The notes: generated by a model from the sequence alone, not told the origin. DNA of 64,000 nucleotides from an uncultured Methanosarcinales archaeon (GCA_964621065.1 CAZULG010000001.1:11082-75081), one strand, 5' to 3'. Shown: positions 19,901-30,390, counted from the stretch's first letter. A program made the numbers and translations.

Positions 19901-21363
19901 TTTAAAATCCTCCAATATCCAGCTTTTGTTGAACCTTCTCGCTTAATTATTCCTCTATCAACTAATTGCTTCAAATTATATTTAATCCCATCTTCAGATA
20001 TTTTCTCAATTATTAAAGAAAGTTCTTTTCTTGTAATTTTAGGATTTTTCTTAATTTCAAGTACTATTTTTTTCTGAATATCACTTAATATTTCTTGGGT
20101 AGTTTCTTGGGTAGTTTCTTGGGTAGTTTCTTGGGTAGTTTCTAGGTCTTTTTCTAGGTCTTTTAATCCCTCATCTTCTTTAGTAGTACTTAAAAAAAAC
20201 TCAATAGTGTAATTATCAATATCATTTCTAACAACAGGCTCTTGTTTATACAAACTCAACCAACCATTAAACATTTTATCAAATCCATATCCAGCATTTT
20301 CAGCTAAATCAACAACTCTAAATATTTTAGTAATAATGGGATTTCTAGGAAGAGAAATATCACAACTCCTTAAAATTTCATATGGTTTTGGTAAAGAACC
20401 AGGGTTAAAAAATTCAAATCTATTTGAAAACACTCTAATTCTAGGCTTCATTGGTGAAAAATAATCACTATGAATTAACAAATTAACTAAAGCTTCTCTA
20501 ATTGCTTTAACCTGTGGTTGATTCTCAACTCTATGAGGTCCACTCATTTCAAAAGGAACATCAATTTTTTTAATAATCCTCTCATAAATAGCAAAAAAAT
20601 ATTCAAACAAATTTGAATGTTGTGAAAGTCTAAACTCATATCTACGAAGAGAATCACTATAACTTGTTCCCATAATTTCTAAATAATCAACTCTAAAATC
20701 AACAAAATATCTAGAAATTGAATCTTCACTTCCAAAAACTAATAAACCTCCCAATGTAACATGTAAATTTTCATCTAAAACTCTAAGTTTAGTTAAAAAA
20801 TCAATATCATTTAAAGTATTATATTGATGTTCAGGTTTTAGATTTAATAAATATTGACGAAACCTTGAAATTGTCTCTTTATTCAAATCATCAATTCTTA
20901 AATTTGTAATCTCTCTATCCTTAGTCCCATAAGATGAATTTCTATACAAAGAATCAATTTCTTCTTGAGTTAATCTCTGATCTCCTGAACCAGTTCTAAT
21001 AAATGTATTTTTTAAAGAATTAAAATAAATAGGTTTCTTTTCAGCTATTGGAATATAAAAACCTAATACAATGTTATCTTCAAATTCCCATTTTTCACAT
21101 TTTGGAATTATTTTTTGATTAAATTTACCAACTCTTAGAGCAGTTGTAAAATCTTGTTCAATTTTTTCAGGATGTTTAACTCCAGTAATTTCAAAATTTT
21201 TACCTTTTTCACTCACTCCAAAAATTAGCCAACCACCCGAAGTATTTGAAAATGCTGAAACAGTTTCCCAAGAAGATTTAGGAATTGAAGAATCACAAGT
21301 TTTAAACTCCAAATCCTCCCATTCAATCCCTTCTAGATGTTTAACTAATTCCTCTTTTTTCAT
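19897..21363 (-). CDS. AlbA_2 (Schlafen-like) + HATPase_c_4 + wHTH protein
   Basis: EWEDLEFK, SAFSNTSGGWLIFGV, AIREALVNLLIHSDY, NPGSL, RNP, ENAGYG and C-terminal IIKREGSTKAGYW. Confidence 0.88.
   Translation of the reverse strand: MKKEELVKHLEGIEWEDLEFKTCDSSIPKSSWETVSAFSNTSGGWLIFGVSEKGKNFEITGVKHPEKIEQDFTTALRVGKFNQKIIPKCEKWEFEDNIVLGFYIPIAEKKPIYFNSLKNTFIRTGSGDQRLTQEEIDSLYRNSSYGTKDREITNLRIDDLNKETISRFRQYLLNLKPEHQYNTLNDIDFLTKLRVLDENLHVTLGGLLVFGSEDSISRYFVDFRVDYLEIMGTSYSDSLRRYEFRLSQHSNLFEYFFAIYERIIKKIDVPFEMSGPHRVENQPQVKAIREALVNLLIHSDYFSPMKPRIRVFSNRFEFFNPGSLPKPYEILRSCDISLPRNPIITKIFRVVDLAENAGYGFDKMFNGWLSLYKQEPVVRNDIDNYTIEFFLSTTKEDEGLKDLEKDLETTQETTQETTQETTQEILSDIQKKIVLEIKKNPKITRKELSLIIEKISEDGIKYNLKQLVDRGIIKREGSTKAGYWRILK
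20091..20162. repeat. In-frame 12-bp tandem repeat (4x TTTCTTGGGTAG + 2x TTTCTAGGTCTT)
   Basis: Encodes the KDLE x2 / ETTQ x4 linker. Confidence 0.95.
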
Positions 21364-21444
21364 TTTTCTTATTAATATTTATTGCTTATTTTATTAGTAA
21401 CTGTTTTTCCTATTAATATAAAACACCATTCTTTATTAGTAAGA

Positions 21445-22944
21445 CTAAATTTTAAATCCCAATCCTTCTAGATTCTTCTTGATCTCTTCTTCTAACTCAT
21501 CAGATTTTTTAAACTGCTCAGATAACTCATTAACCAATCTCCTCATTTTATCTTCATATGGCTCACTATCCTCCTCTTCATCTTTTACACCAACATATCT
21601 TCCTGGGGTCAGTACAAAATCTTGCTTAGAAACTTCATCAATGCTCACTGATTTACAAAATCCTTTAATATCTTCATAGTCTTGTGAATTTTGCCAACTA
21701 TGCACCGTTTGAGAAATATAGGAAATCTCATCAGAAGACAACTCTCTTAATCTTCTATTAATCATCTCTCCCATATCACGACAATCTACAAAGAGTATCT
21801 CATTTGTTCTCTTCTTATCTCTATTCAAGAACCACAAACATGCAGGAATTCCTGTGTTATAAAATAACTTATCAGGCAATGCAACAATACACTCAACTAA
21901 ATCATCTTTAATGATTTTCTTTCTAATCTCACCTTCTCCAGCAGTATTTGAAGACATAGAACCATTTGATAATACAAAACCAGCTTTTCCTTTTTGAGAT
22001 AAATGATAAATAAAATGTTGAACCCACGCATAATTTGCATTTCCATTCGGAGGCATACCATACACCCATCGAGGATCCTCTTGTAATCTATTAGCCCCCC
22101 AATCTGAAATATTAAACGGAGGATTTGCAATAATAAAATCAGCTTTCAAAGACGAATGTTGATTAAAATGAAAACTATCATCAGCTCTCTCTCCTAAATC
22201 ATGATCTAATCCTCGAATTGCTAAATTCATTTTACACAATTTCCAAGTAGTAGGATTACTTTCTTGACCATATATTGACAAATCTCCAACTCTTCCACCA
22301 TGAGCCTCCACAAATTTCTCACTCATTACAAACATTCCTCCACTTCCACACGCAGGATCATAAATTTTCCCCTCATAGGGTTCTAAAATCTCAACTAAAA
22401 GTTGAACAACGCTATCAGGAGTATAAAACTCTCCTCCGCCCTTTCCCTCAGCTGATGCGAATTTTCCAATAAAGTATTCATAAATTCTTCCCAAAATATC
22501 TTTACTCTCTTCATACGATTTTCCAGAATCAATTGAATGAATCAAATCAACAACTTCTCCAAGAACAACCTTATTCAACTCAGGTCTTCCATAATTTCGA
22601 GGCAATACATTTCTAAGTGTCTTATTATCCTTCTCAATTGAAATCATAGCATTATCGATAACTTCTCCAATCTCAGGAGTTTTTGCCTTCTCAACAATAT
22701 TTGACCATCTCGCATCTTTAGGAACAAAAAAGACATGATGAGCGAGATACTCATCCTTATCTTCAGGATCTGCATATTCTTCAGTTTTAATTCTCTCATA
22801 AATATTCTCAAAGGAATCAGAAATAAATTTTAAAAATATTAAACCCAAAATAACATGCTTATACTCAGAAGCATCCATATTATTTCTCAACTTATCAGCT
22901 GCAGCCCATAATTTAGCTTCCAATTTTGAATTTTCTTCAACCAT
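21445..22944 (-). CDS. hsdM: Type I RM methyltransferase subunit M
   Basis: LWAAADKLR, GEFYTP, YDPACGSGGM and ANPPFN (m6A motif IV). Confidence 0.97.
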   Translation of the reverse strand: MVEENSKLEAKLWAAADKLRNNMDASEYKHVILGLIFLKFISDSFENIYERIKTEEYADPEDKDEYLAHHVFFVPKDARWSNIVEKAKTPEIGEVIDNAMISIEKDNKTLRNVLPRNYGRPELNKVVLGEVVDLIHSIDSGKSYEESKDILGRIYEYFIGKFASAEGKGGGEFYTPDSVVQLLVEILEPYEGKIYDPACGSGGMFVMSEKFVEAHGGRVGDLSIYGQESNPTTWKLCKMNLAIRGLDHDLGERADDSFHFNQHSSLKADFIIANPPFNISDWGANRLQEDPRWVYGMPPNGNANYAWVQHFIYHLSQKGKAGFVLSNGSMSSNTAGEGEIRKKIIKDDLVECIVALPDKLFYNTGIPACLWFLNRDKKRTNEILFVDCRDMGEMINRRLRELSSDEISYISQTVHSWQNSQDYEDIKGFCKSVSIDEVSKQDFVLTPGRYVGVKDEEEDSEPYEDKMRRLVNELSEQFKKSDELEEEIKKNLEGLGFKI

Positions 22945-23026
22945 ACAAAAATCACAATAATTTTATTTATAAATTATTGTGTTAATAAAAATAGAATTAT
23001 TCAAAAATAAAAATTAAAAAATATAG

Positions 23027-23230
23027 CTAAAGTGTTAAATACTCTCTACTCCCTCTCATCCCAGCAGTATATACTGCCCTAGAATCAAAGTAATCAATCT
23101 GATTACTCCTTCTATTAACATTATACTGTACTGGTTGTCTATCTTCTAACATTCCAATAAAATAAATGTATGGACATAAATCGTTATTCTCAACTTCTGG
23201 TTTTAAATCTAATATTTTAATTAATGACAT
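23027..23230 (-). CDS. Hypothetical protein
   Basis: 67-aa ORF with TATA-like box upstream. Confidence 0.4.
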   Translation of the reverse strand: MSLIKILDLKPEVENNDLCPYIYFIGMLEDRQPVQYNVNRRSNQIDYFDSRAVYTAGMRGSREYLTL

Positions 23231-23342
23231 AATTTATTAAGGAATACAATTTATATAAACATAAAGGTCAACAAGATTTGTAAATTTATATTTTTAAACC
23301 CTATATTTCTAAAATAATGACAAATTAATAGAAATATTATTC

Positions 23343-23389
23343 AAGAGCGTAGCTCTTAGACACTTCTACTCATCTCTTAAATTAGCGTT
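23343..23389. repeat. GNA mini-hairpin plus degenerate duplicate of the permease 3' end
   Basis: AAGAGC-GTA-GCTCTT at 23343-23357. 23366-23389 on the minus strand encodes NANLRDE*, versus ADNLRDE* in the gene. Confidence 0.7.
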
Positions 23390-23421
23390 AATTTATTCAA
23401 AATTAATGCTCCCTTGAGAGA

Positions 23422-24618
23422 CTATTCGTCCCTCAAATTATCCGCAGGATTTACATTTGCAGCCAAATACGCAGGATATGCTCCAAAAAATCCTCCAAAC
23501 AAAACAGTTGCAATTACAGCTCCTAAAAAATACACCCAACTAAACACAACTGGGAATGAAAATCCAATGCTGTTTAACACAACATCACTCAAAATTTGAG
23601 CAACCCAAAATGAAGTTAAATAACCAATAATTGATCCAACAATACTCAAAATGACACTCTCAACAATATACATATACACAATTTGTGAATTTGTAGCGCC
23701 CATCGCCTTTTGAACTGAAATCTCATTAACTCGCTCCAATACATTAGAGTACATCGTATTCATCACATTAATTCCACCAACTACAAGAGCAATTCCTGCA
23801 ATCACACTAATGACAATATTGAGTGTGAAAAATATCGCATTAATTTGTTCAAGTGTTTGTTGTGGAGATGAAATCTCAATTTCTTTTGGTTGATTTGGTC
23901 GATTAAAATATGAATCAATCTTCTCCCGCTCTGCTTCAATATCTACTCCTTGAAAATAACTCACTCGCACATTTGTAAATGTATCTTGCCCAGATAAATC
24001 TTCAATATCAGAAAATGACATTCGCATTGATGAATCAATAAACAAATCATCCTTTGCTTCTAAAATCCCAACAACACGAAAACTCTTTCCATTAGTTGAA
24101 ATAGAATTTCCAACTCTGAGCTCTCGATTAAACGTATCTTGTGCAACTTTAGCACCCAATACAACAACTCCACTGTCTCCTTGACGAATATTTCTTCCTT
24201 GAGCAATTTCAACATTTAAATCCTCATAAATATCATTTAAATCTTCATCAGGATATGCTAAAGCTAAAATACTCTCCTCCTCACGTCCATACTCATAACG
24301 CGTAGAATAAAATATTGACCCACTAATATACTTATATCCATCTGCAATTCGCTTCAACTCTTCAATTGTCTTTTGCTCAACACCACCTCCTCCTGGTGGA
24401 CCATTTTGCTGTGAATTTTCAGGAGATGAAATTGTCAATACATTAAGTCCAAACGATGAAATTTGATTCTCAACACCTTGTGAGAGCCCTGTTCCTGCAA
24501 ACTGAAAAAAAGTAAATGTGAAAATTCCAATAAAAATACCAAATGTTGTCAAAAACACACGAAGCGGTTTTTCTTGTAAGGTTTTCAAAACTAATTTTGT
24601 TAAATCAAAAACTCCCAT
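23422..24618 (-). CDS. ABC transporter permease, MacB/FtsX family
   Basis: LRVFLTTFGIFIG, VGGINVMNTMYSNVLERVNEI...AMGAT and YPAYLAANVNP. Confidence 0.92.
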   Translation of the reverse strand: MGVFDLTKLVLKTLQEKPLRVFLTTFGIFIGIFTFTFFQFAGTGLSQGVENQISSFGLNVLTISSPENSQQNGPPGGGGVEQKTIEELKRIADGYKYISGSIFYSTRYEYGREEESILALAYPDEDLNDIYEDLNVEIAQGRNIRQGDSGVVVLGAKVAQDTFNRELRVGNSISTNGKSFRVVGILEAKDDLFIDSSMRMSFSDIEDLSGQDTFTNVRVSYFQGVDIEAEREKIDSYFNRPNQPKEIEISSPQQTLEQINAIFFTLNIVISVIAGIALVVGGINVMNTMYSNVLERVNEISVQKAMGATNSQIVYMYIVESVILSIVGSIIGYLTSFWVAQILSDVVLNSIGFSFPVVFSWVYFLGAVIATVLFGGFFGAYPAYLAANVNPADNLRDE

Positions 24619-24719
24619 TCTCTACATAAACAATAAATCAAATATTATTAAAACTATGTATTATCAAGCAAGTTAAGTTAAAAATTGAATAATATTATGA
24701 ATACATAAACGCTCAAATA

Positions 24720-25133
24720 TTAAAATTTAGGTAAATTCTCAATAGCGACACTTTCCTTTTCAAACACTTCTTGTAAGTCATCAACTTGAATAATTCCAAG
24801 GTGAAAATGCATAAGTGAGCGTGAGTTGTGCTCTCCTACTACATAAATTCTAATATTGTTATTCCTCATCCACTCACCTATCACAACTCCAAGCTCAATA
24901 AACATATCTGTCCCACCAACATCAGAAATTAAAACAAATACGTCTACATCTTTAAGAGCTGAGACAATTGAGTGGGCAATATGTAAGCACTGACTTGCAT
25001 TTTCAACATAAGGTTTTTGAACATCTAACTCAGACCAGTCGAATACAATTTCTTCACCTTGCATCTTGAGTTGCTTAGTAATAGATTGAATTTTTTCTTT
25101 ATGCCTCATTCGAGATGCAAAATACCATTTCAT
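24720..25133 (-). CDS. Nucleoside 2-deoxyribosyltransferase-like protein
   Basis: MKWYFAS...DVDVFVL...GTDMFIELG pattern. Confidence 0.6.
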   Translation of the reverse strand: MKWYFASRMRHKEKIQSITKQLKMQGEEIVFDWSELDVQKPYVENASQCLHIAHSIVSALKDVDVFVLISDVGGTDMFIELGVVIGEWMRNNNIRIYVVGEHNSRSLMHFHLGIIQVDDLQEVFEKESVAIENLPKF

Positions 25134-25255
25134 ACAAATAGTTCAAATACATTATTTATATAATTTTGTAACATTTTTTATATTTATAAAATATGGACTA
25201 ACTACTAAGAATAATGAAAGTATAATAAAAATATTCAAAAAATTAGTTAATTAAT

Positions 25256-25816
25256 TCAATTCTTCTTTTTCTTAAGTGGTTTCATTTGAACCTTATCTGA
25301 AATAATTGTAGAATTTCCAGTTTCATCTTTGAGTTTTAGAGTAATTTTTTTCTCTCCTGCAAACACTTCATCAATTCCCTTTAAAATATTTTTAACTTTT
25401 TTTCGTTGAGCTTTGTCCAAATCATCATCATTTTTCAATAACTCTACTTGATAACGAAACCGTGTTAATACTCCTTCAATATTTGTAATAAACCCCTCAG
25501 ACGCCATTGAGGAATCAACTGAAATTCTAAATGAAGGGATTTTAATCTCACACGCACCTGATTTAATTACTCGAATATTTAAATCTTCTTTTGATTCTAC
25601 ATCAATTGAATACTCAGCAGGAGTTCCTTCTTCAATAAATTCTAAATCTGAATTTTTGAACCCACACGCTGTGCATTTAATCGAAAAAATCGCAATTGGA
25701 CCTGTATATGGATCCTCCATTTCATATTCACTAAATGTTGCTTCATGCTTACCACACACAGGACATTGTTGTTTTTCAACAATAAAGATATCTGGATTTT
25801 GAGAACTTTGAACCAT
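25256..25816 (-). CDS. ZPR1 zinc finger domain protein
   Basis: CPVCG...CTACGFK, DLNIRVIKS, GFITNIEGVL and DETGNS. Start probably MVQSS (25816). Confidence 0.92.
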   Translation of the reverse strand: MVQSSQNPDIFIVEKQQCPVCGKHEATFSEYEMEDPYTGPIAIFSIKCTACGFKNSDLEFIEEGTPAEYSIDVESKEDLNIRVIKSGACEIKIPSFRISVDSSMASEGFITNIEGVLTRFRYQVELLKNDDDLDKAQRKKVKNILKGIDEVFAGEKKITLKLKDETGNSTIISDKVQMKPLKKKKN

Positions 25817-25890
25817 TATATAAAAAGTGAGAGAGTTGTTTAAAAATGTATTGATTAATTTGTCACTCAAAACTAATTTGAATATTCAAA

Positions 25891-27357
25891 TCATTCTTTT
25901 TTGTAAATGATAAACCCATTAGCAAATCTTTTATCATCTTTTATAACAAATCCTTGTTGTTCGATTTTCTCTCGAATATCATCTGCCTTTGAAAAGTTCT
26001 TCTCCTCTTTTGCACTCTTCCTCTTCTGAGCAAGTTCTTGAATTTCTTGTGGGATTGAGGATGTAATTTTTGTCTCATCAATGAGTCCAAGAACTCTATC
26101 TATCGTATAAAAATACTCATACACTTTTTTAATATCATCTTGATGAATACTACCAAGTGAGTTTACAAATGAGATAATTGAATACACATTCTTCAATGCT
26201 TTTGCAGTGTTTAAATCATCACAAATCGACTCATTAAATTCCCTCAAATTCTTCTCAAGTTCTTTATGAAGAGATTCATTTTCTCTATCATTGAATGCTT
26301 TAAATTGTAGCTCATATAAAAAATAATGAATCTTATTCAAATTTTGCTGCGCAGCATCAAGTGCTTCAAATGAAATATCTCCTGATTTTCGATAATGTGA
26401 TTGCAATAGTAATAATCGATACGATAAAGCAGAATAGCCTTTTTCTTCTAGATCTGAGATTAAATATACATTTCCCAATGATTTAGACATTTTCTCTCCT
26501 GCAAATGTAATATGACCATTGTGCATCCAAAACGTAACATCTTTAATGCAATGTGAACATGCATTTTGTGCAATCTCATTTTCATGGTGAATCGGAATAT
26601 GATCAATACCTCCTGTGTGAATATCAATATACTCTCCTAAATATTTATACCCCATGGCTGAACACTCAATGTGCCATCCTGGAAATCCAACTCCCCATTT
26701 TGAATCCCATTTCATTGCGTGGTGTTCATGTTTACCACTTGCAAATTTCCACAGAGCAAAATCTTGAGGATTACGTTTTTCAGAATTCACATCAATTCTC
26801 ACACCTACTTCTTTTTCATCCAATTTTTGTCCACTTAATTGACCATAGTCTTTATACTTTGACACGTCAAAATACACACCATCACTTGTTGTATATGTCA
26901 CTCCCTCTACTTCAAGTTTTTCAATCATTTCAAGCTGTTCTTGAATGTGTTCAGTTGCTTTAGGCATAACACTTGGAAGTTGAATATGTAGTTTTTCTAA
27001 ATCTTGTAAATATACATTAGTATAGAACTGAGCAATTTCAAGAGGTGTTTTTTTCTCACTTTTTGCAGCTCTCATCATTTTATCATCCCCATCATCTCCC
27101 AATTCATCATCATCAGTTAAATGACCAACATCAGTAATATTTTGAACAGAGTATAAATTATATCCCGCGTATGTAATCACTCTTCTTAAAATATCCCAAC
27201 TCAGCGCTGCTTTTAAGTTTCCAATATGTTGATACGAATAAACAGTTGGTCCACACGAGTAAATTTTCACAAGTTCAGGATTATGAGGTTGAAATACTTC
27301 AACGCTTCGAGTTTTTGTATTATAAAATTGTAATTGTAATTTTGGTTGCTTTGTCAT
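25891..27357 (-). CDS. cysS: Cysteine--tRNA ligase
   Basis: YSCGPTVY, HIGN, PGWHIECSAM, DIHTGGIDH and KMSKSLGN. Confidence 0.98.
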   Translation of the reverse strand: MTKQPKLQLQFYNTKTRSVEVFQPHNPELVKIYSCGPTVYSYQHIGNLKAALSWDILRRVITYAGYNLYSVQNITDVGHLTDDDELGDDGDDKMMRAAKSEKKTPLEIAQFYTNVYLQDLEKLHIQLPSVMPKATEHIQEQLEMIEKLEVEGVTYTTSDGVYFDVSKYKDYGQLSGQKLDEKEVGVRIDVNSEKRNPQDFALWKFASGKHEHHAMKWDSKWGVGFPGWHIECSAMGYKYLGEYIDIHTGGIDHIPIHHENEIAQNACSHCIKDVTFWMHNGHITFAGEKMSKSLGNVYLISDLEEKGYSALSYRLLLLQSHYRKSGDISFEALDAAQQNLNKIHYFLYELQFKAFNDRENESLHKELEKNLREFNESICDDLNTAKALKNVYSIISFVNSLGSIHQDDIKKVYEYFYTIDRVLGLIDETKITSSIPQEIQELAQKRKSAKEEKNFSKADDIREKIEQQGFVIKDDKRFANGFIIYKKE

Positions 27358-27638
27358 TTTTTATTATTTTTTTATTATGTGAAATCTCAAATTAAGATAT
27401 TAATATATTTATTTGTTATTTTTAATCAATCAAGTTATTTTATAACTAATTGATTAAGTTATCTTTTAAATTTTTATAGAGAAATAATAGTTACAAACAA
27501 AACGCTTTTGTGCTACCAATGTAGGAGATTTTACTTAATTGAGTAATCATATTCTAGTATGTTGTAAATTATTTAAAAAACTATGTGAAAAATTGAAACT
27601 ACAGATAAGTTTAATAATACCATATTTCATATAATTGT

Positions 27639-27836
27639 ATGGAACAAAGTAAAAAAGTTACAATTCTTTATACAAATTGGAAAGGAGAAACTGCTCAAAG
27701 AACAATTATTCCTCAATCAATTGAGTTTACTTCAAATCAGTGGCATACTCAAGAGCAATGGATTTTAACTGCATGGGATGTAGAAAAGAAAAATTATAGA
27801 CATTTTCCAATGAAGGATATCAAAAAATGGTCTTAA
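27639..27836 (+). CDS. Stand-alone WYL domain protein
   Basis: YTNWKGETAQRTIIP...QWILTAWDVEKKNYRHF. Confidence 0.85.
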   Translation: MEQSKKVTILYTNWKGETAQRTIIPQSIEFTSNQWHTQEQWILTAWDVEKKNYRHFPMKDIKKWS

Positions 27837-27901
27837 TCAGTTTAATATTCTCAAAAAGCCTTTGATTTTTGTTGGATATAAAGAAGTGAAAATGAATCAA
27901 G

Positions 27902-28168
27902 TTAATATACTTTTCCTCTAAAATTAGCAGTTTTTACCCAAATTATGTTTTCTTTTTTGAGTAATTGAAAAATTACTCTTACATCTCCTATCCTTAAACG
28001 ATAAAATTCTTGATTCTTTTTTATATTTTGCATCTTTTTAATATCTAAATCTAATTTTTTTGAACTTTTAAAGTGTTTAAGTTGTTGAATTTTTAACTTA
28101 ATTTCATCGTAGTTTTCAAGAGTATATAAAAAATTATCTACGCTTTTCTTAACCTTTAGAATATACAT
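27902..28168 (-). CDS. relE: RelE/ParE family toxin
   Basis: LDIKKM...FYRLRIGDVRVIF...FRGKVY. Confidence 0.88.
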   Translation of the reverse strand: MYILKVKKSVDNFLYTLENYDEIKLKIQQLKHFKSSKKLDLDIKKMQNIKKNQEFYRLRIGDVRVIFQLLKKENIIWVKTANFRGKVY

Positions 28169-28170
28169 TT

Positions 28171-28350
28171 TTAGTACTCTACACTATCTTGCTCATCAAA
28201 TTCTTCATACAAAGAGTCTTTATGTAGTTTTTCTAATTCTTCTTGTTCTTGAATAGAAATTTCTTCGTAGTCATTTAATTCCTCTCTCACTGCTTTTTTG
28301 ATAAGGGAGAATAATTCGTCTTTACTAATAGTAATCATCTCAGTTGTCAT
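28171..28350 (-). CDS. Putative antitoxin (missed by ORF track)
   Basis: MTTEMITISKDELFSLIKKAVREELNDYEEISIQEQEELEKLHKDSLYEEFDEQDSVEY* (59 aa, acidic), 2 bp upstream of RelE. Confidence 0.75.
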   Translation of the reverse strand: MTTEMITISKDELFSLIKKAVREELNDYEEISIQEQEELEKLHKDSLYEEFDEQDSVEY

Positions 28351-28480
28351 ATGTATTATAAGGATTTAAAATTTAAATACTTTTCTAAGATATATGCAAA
28401 AAATAACTATTAATACGCTCAAGACTACAAATACAGTCAATGAAAATGTAAATCAGCTTGAATGTAATGATATTTTTTTA

Positions 28481-28726
28481 TTATTTATCTTTGTGATATA
28501 TATCTAAAAACAAAATTATCAGTTCATCTTCAATATACTCGTAAGAAATTCTAAATGGTTTAGCATAGACTTCTCTAGTTCCTCTTCTAGAATATCTCAT
28601 TGGTTTTCCAATATGAGGATTTTCAATTATTTTGTTTATTTGTTTCAAGATTGCTTTTTGATTATTTGAGTCTAATTTTTGAAATATTTTATCAAACCTT
28701 TTATCATATTCTACATTAATCTTCAT
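28481..28726 (-). CDS. RelE/ParE family toxin
   Basis: IIENPHIGKPMRYSRRGTREVYAKPFRISY...YHKDK. Confidence 0.88.
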   Translation of the reverse strand: MKINVEYDKRFDKIFQKLDSNNQKAILKQINKIIENPHIGKPMRYSRRGTREVYAKPFRISYEYIEDELIILFLDIYHKDK

Positions 28727-28973
28727 CTTTAATCATAGATTCTAAATGTTTAACAAACTCTTTTGCTCTCATTTTCGTGAACTCTCCTCTCCCATGTGCT
28801 TGATACGCTTTTTCAGTTCTCTGTGCAAATTCTAAATCTTCTTGTTCTTGTTCAATCATTTCCTTAATCATCTCCTTAATTGCAAGATTTTTGCTCTTTA
28901 TTCCTCGTTGAGCTTTAAATACATTAAGAAATTTATTTTCTTCTTCAGTTAAATTAATAATCGCTTGCACCAT
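28716..28973 (-). CDS. Antitoxin (DUF2683-like)
   Basis: MVQAIINLTEEENKFLNVFKAQRGIKSKNLAI; overlaps the toxin start. Confidence 0.75.
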   Translation of the reverse strand: MVQAIINLTEEENKFLNVFKAQRGIKSKNLAIKEMIKEMIEQEQEDLEFAQRTEKAYQAHGRGEFTKMRAKEFVKHLESMIKDED

Positions 28974-29049
28974 TTTATAATAAAATATAATATTTTATAA
29001 TATATAAATGTATTGGAGGATTAAAGAATTGAAAAAAAATAGAGAAGGT

Positions 29050-30390
29050 TTAATTAATAATCTCAAAATTTTTGTAATTAGAGTAAACTATTGGAGAGGG
29101 TAAATTTGAGTAATTAAAGACTAGTTGGATTTCTTTTGCACTATTTGGTTGAATTGTAATATTGCTGACATTTTTTATCAATTTTTTCCCCGTAATAGAA
29201 TCAAATCCTATCCTCTGAGGATCACCTTCTGATACAAATAAAGAAAAGTTTGTGATTTGAATAGTTTCTGTATCATTAAAATTTTCTATGACAGATTTTG
29301 CAAGCCATGTAACATTTGTATCAATTGAATTAGGATTTGGAACACCTATAATTTGTTTTTCTACTTCTATCACAATAGAAGGATGTTTTGTATCTAAGAC
29401 CTTTTTTTTGGTTTCGTTAAATAACTCTTGTAAGTCACTTATTCTTTCATCAATAATGTTATTATCTGTTGGAATATCATCACAATAGGTTTGAGTGGAT
29501 TGTATTGAATTTTGTATATTGATTAGACTACTTGGATATAAAATAGAATTATTCAAGTTTATCTCTACGAAGTCTATTTTTGAAGAACAGTAATCTACCA
29601 TTTCTTGAATTTCTGCTTTTCTCTCTTTTTCTTTTTCTTCCTCAAGTAATTCTTCTTTTATCTCATCCTTTATGTCATTTTTAAGTTCGTCAATATCGAT
29701 ATTTTCACTTAGTTCTAATTTTTCATCAAGCATATTTTCTGTATTAATTGTAACATCACTGTAATCACGATAATCAGTATCAAACTTATTAGCACACTTT
29801 GATTTCACATCCTCTAAACTCTTAATATAATTTGTATAATCAGAGTTTGTAATGTTGTCTTCATTTTCAACATCAGAATTCAAATTTTCTATATCGTTTA
29901 TACAGCTACTTGAAATTGATTCATCAAGATTTAATTTTTCATCTTCTAATTTTATAATAATATCATCCACTCTTTCATCAAAATTGTCTGAATAACTATC
30001 AGTATTTTCAAAATCAGAATTAAACGAAGTCTCACAAGTATCTATAACTGAATTTATTTGAGATTCTATTTCTGAGATTTTTTCAAATTCATTATTGTTA
30101 ATTTTTTGATTTGACTTTAAAATTAAATTGTTGCAGACTTTTTCAAATATCATATATTCAATTTGTAGAGTATTTATTGTTTCTCCATTGTCATTATTAC
30201 TATCATTACTACTTATATTTAGATTATCAATTCTACTAGAAATATTTCTAATCTCTTGCATAAGTTCTTCATTTTCTCTCTCTAAGTAGTCGATATGTTC
30301 ATCCTGTGAAAAATTATCTGATAATGTTGAACATCCACTGAAAATAAAAATAAGAAAACTAAGAATTAAGATATTAAAAAACCTACTCAT
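29050..30390 (-). CDS. Acidic secreted/lipoprotein-like hypothetical protein
   Basis: Lipobox-like IFSGC, coiled-coil, paired Cys, D/E/N-rich. Confidence 0.7.
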   Translation of the reverse strand: MSRFFNILILSFLIFIFSGCSTLSDNFSQDEHIDYLERENEELMQEIRNISSRIDNLNISSNDSNNDNGETINTLQIEYMIFEKVCNNLILKSNQKINNNEFEKISEIESQINSVIDTCETSFNSDFENTDSYSDNFDERVDDIIIKLEDEKLNLDESISSSCINDIENLNSDVENEDNITNSDYTNYIKSLEDVKSKCANKFDTDYRDYSDVTINTENMLDEKLELSENIDIDELKNDIKDEIKEELLEEEKEKERKAEIQEMVDYCSSKIDFVEINLNNSILYPSSLINIQNSIQSTQTYCDDIPTDNNIIDERISDLQELFNETKKKVLDTKHPSIVIEVEKQIIGVPNPNSIDTNVTWLAKSVIENFNDTETIQITNFSLFVSEGDPQRIGFDSITGKKLIKNVSNITIQPNSAKEIQLVFNYSNLPSPIVYSNYKNFEIIN

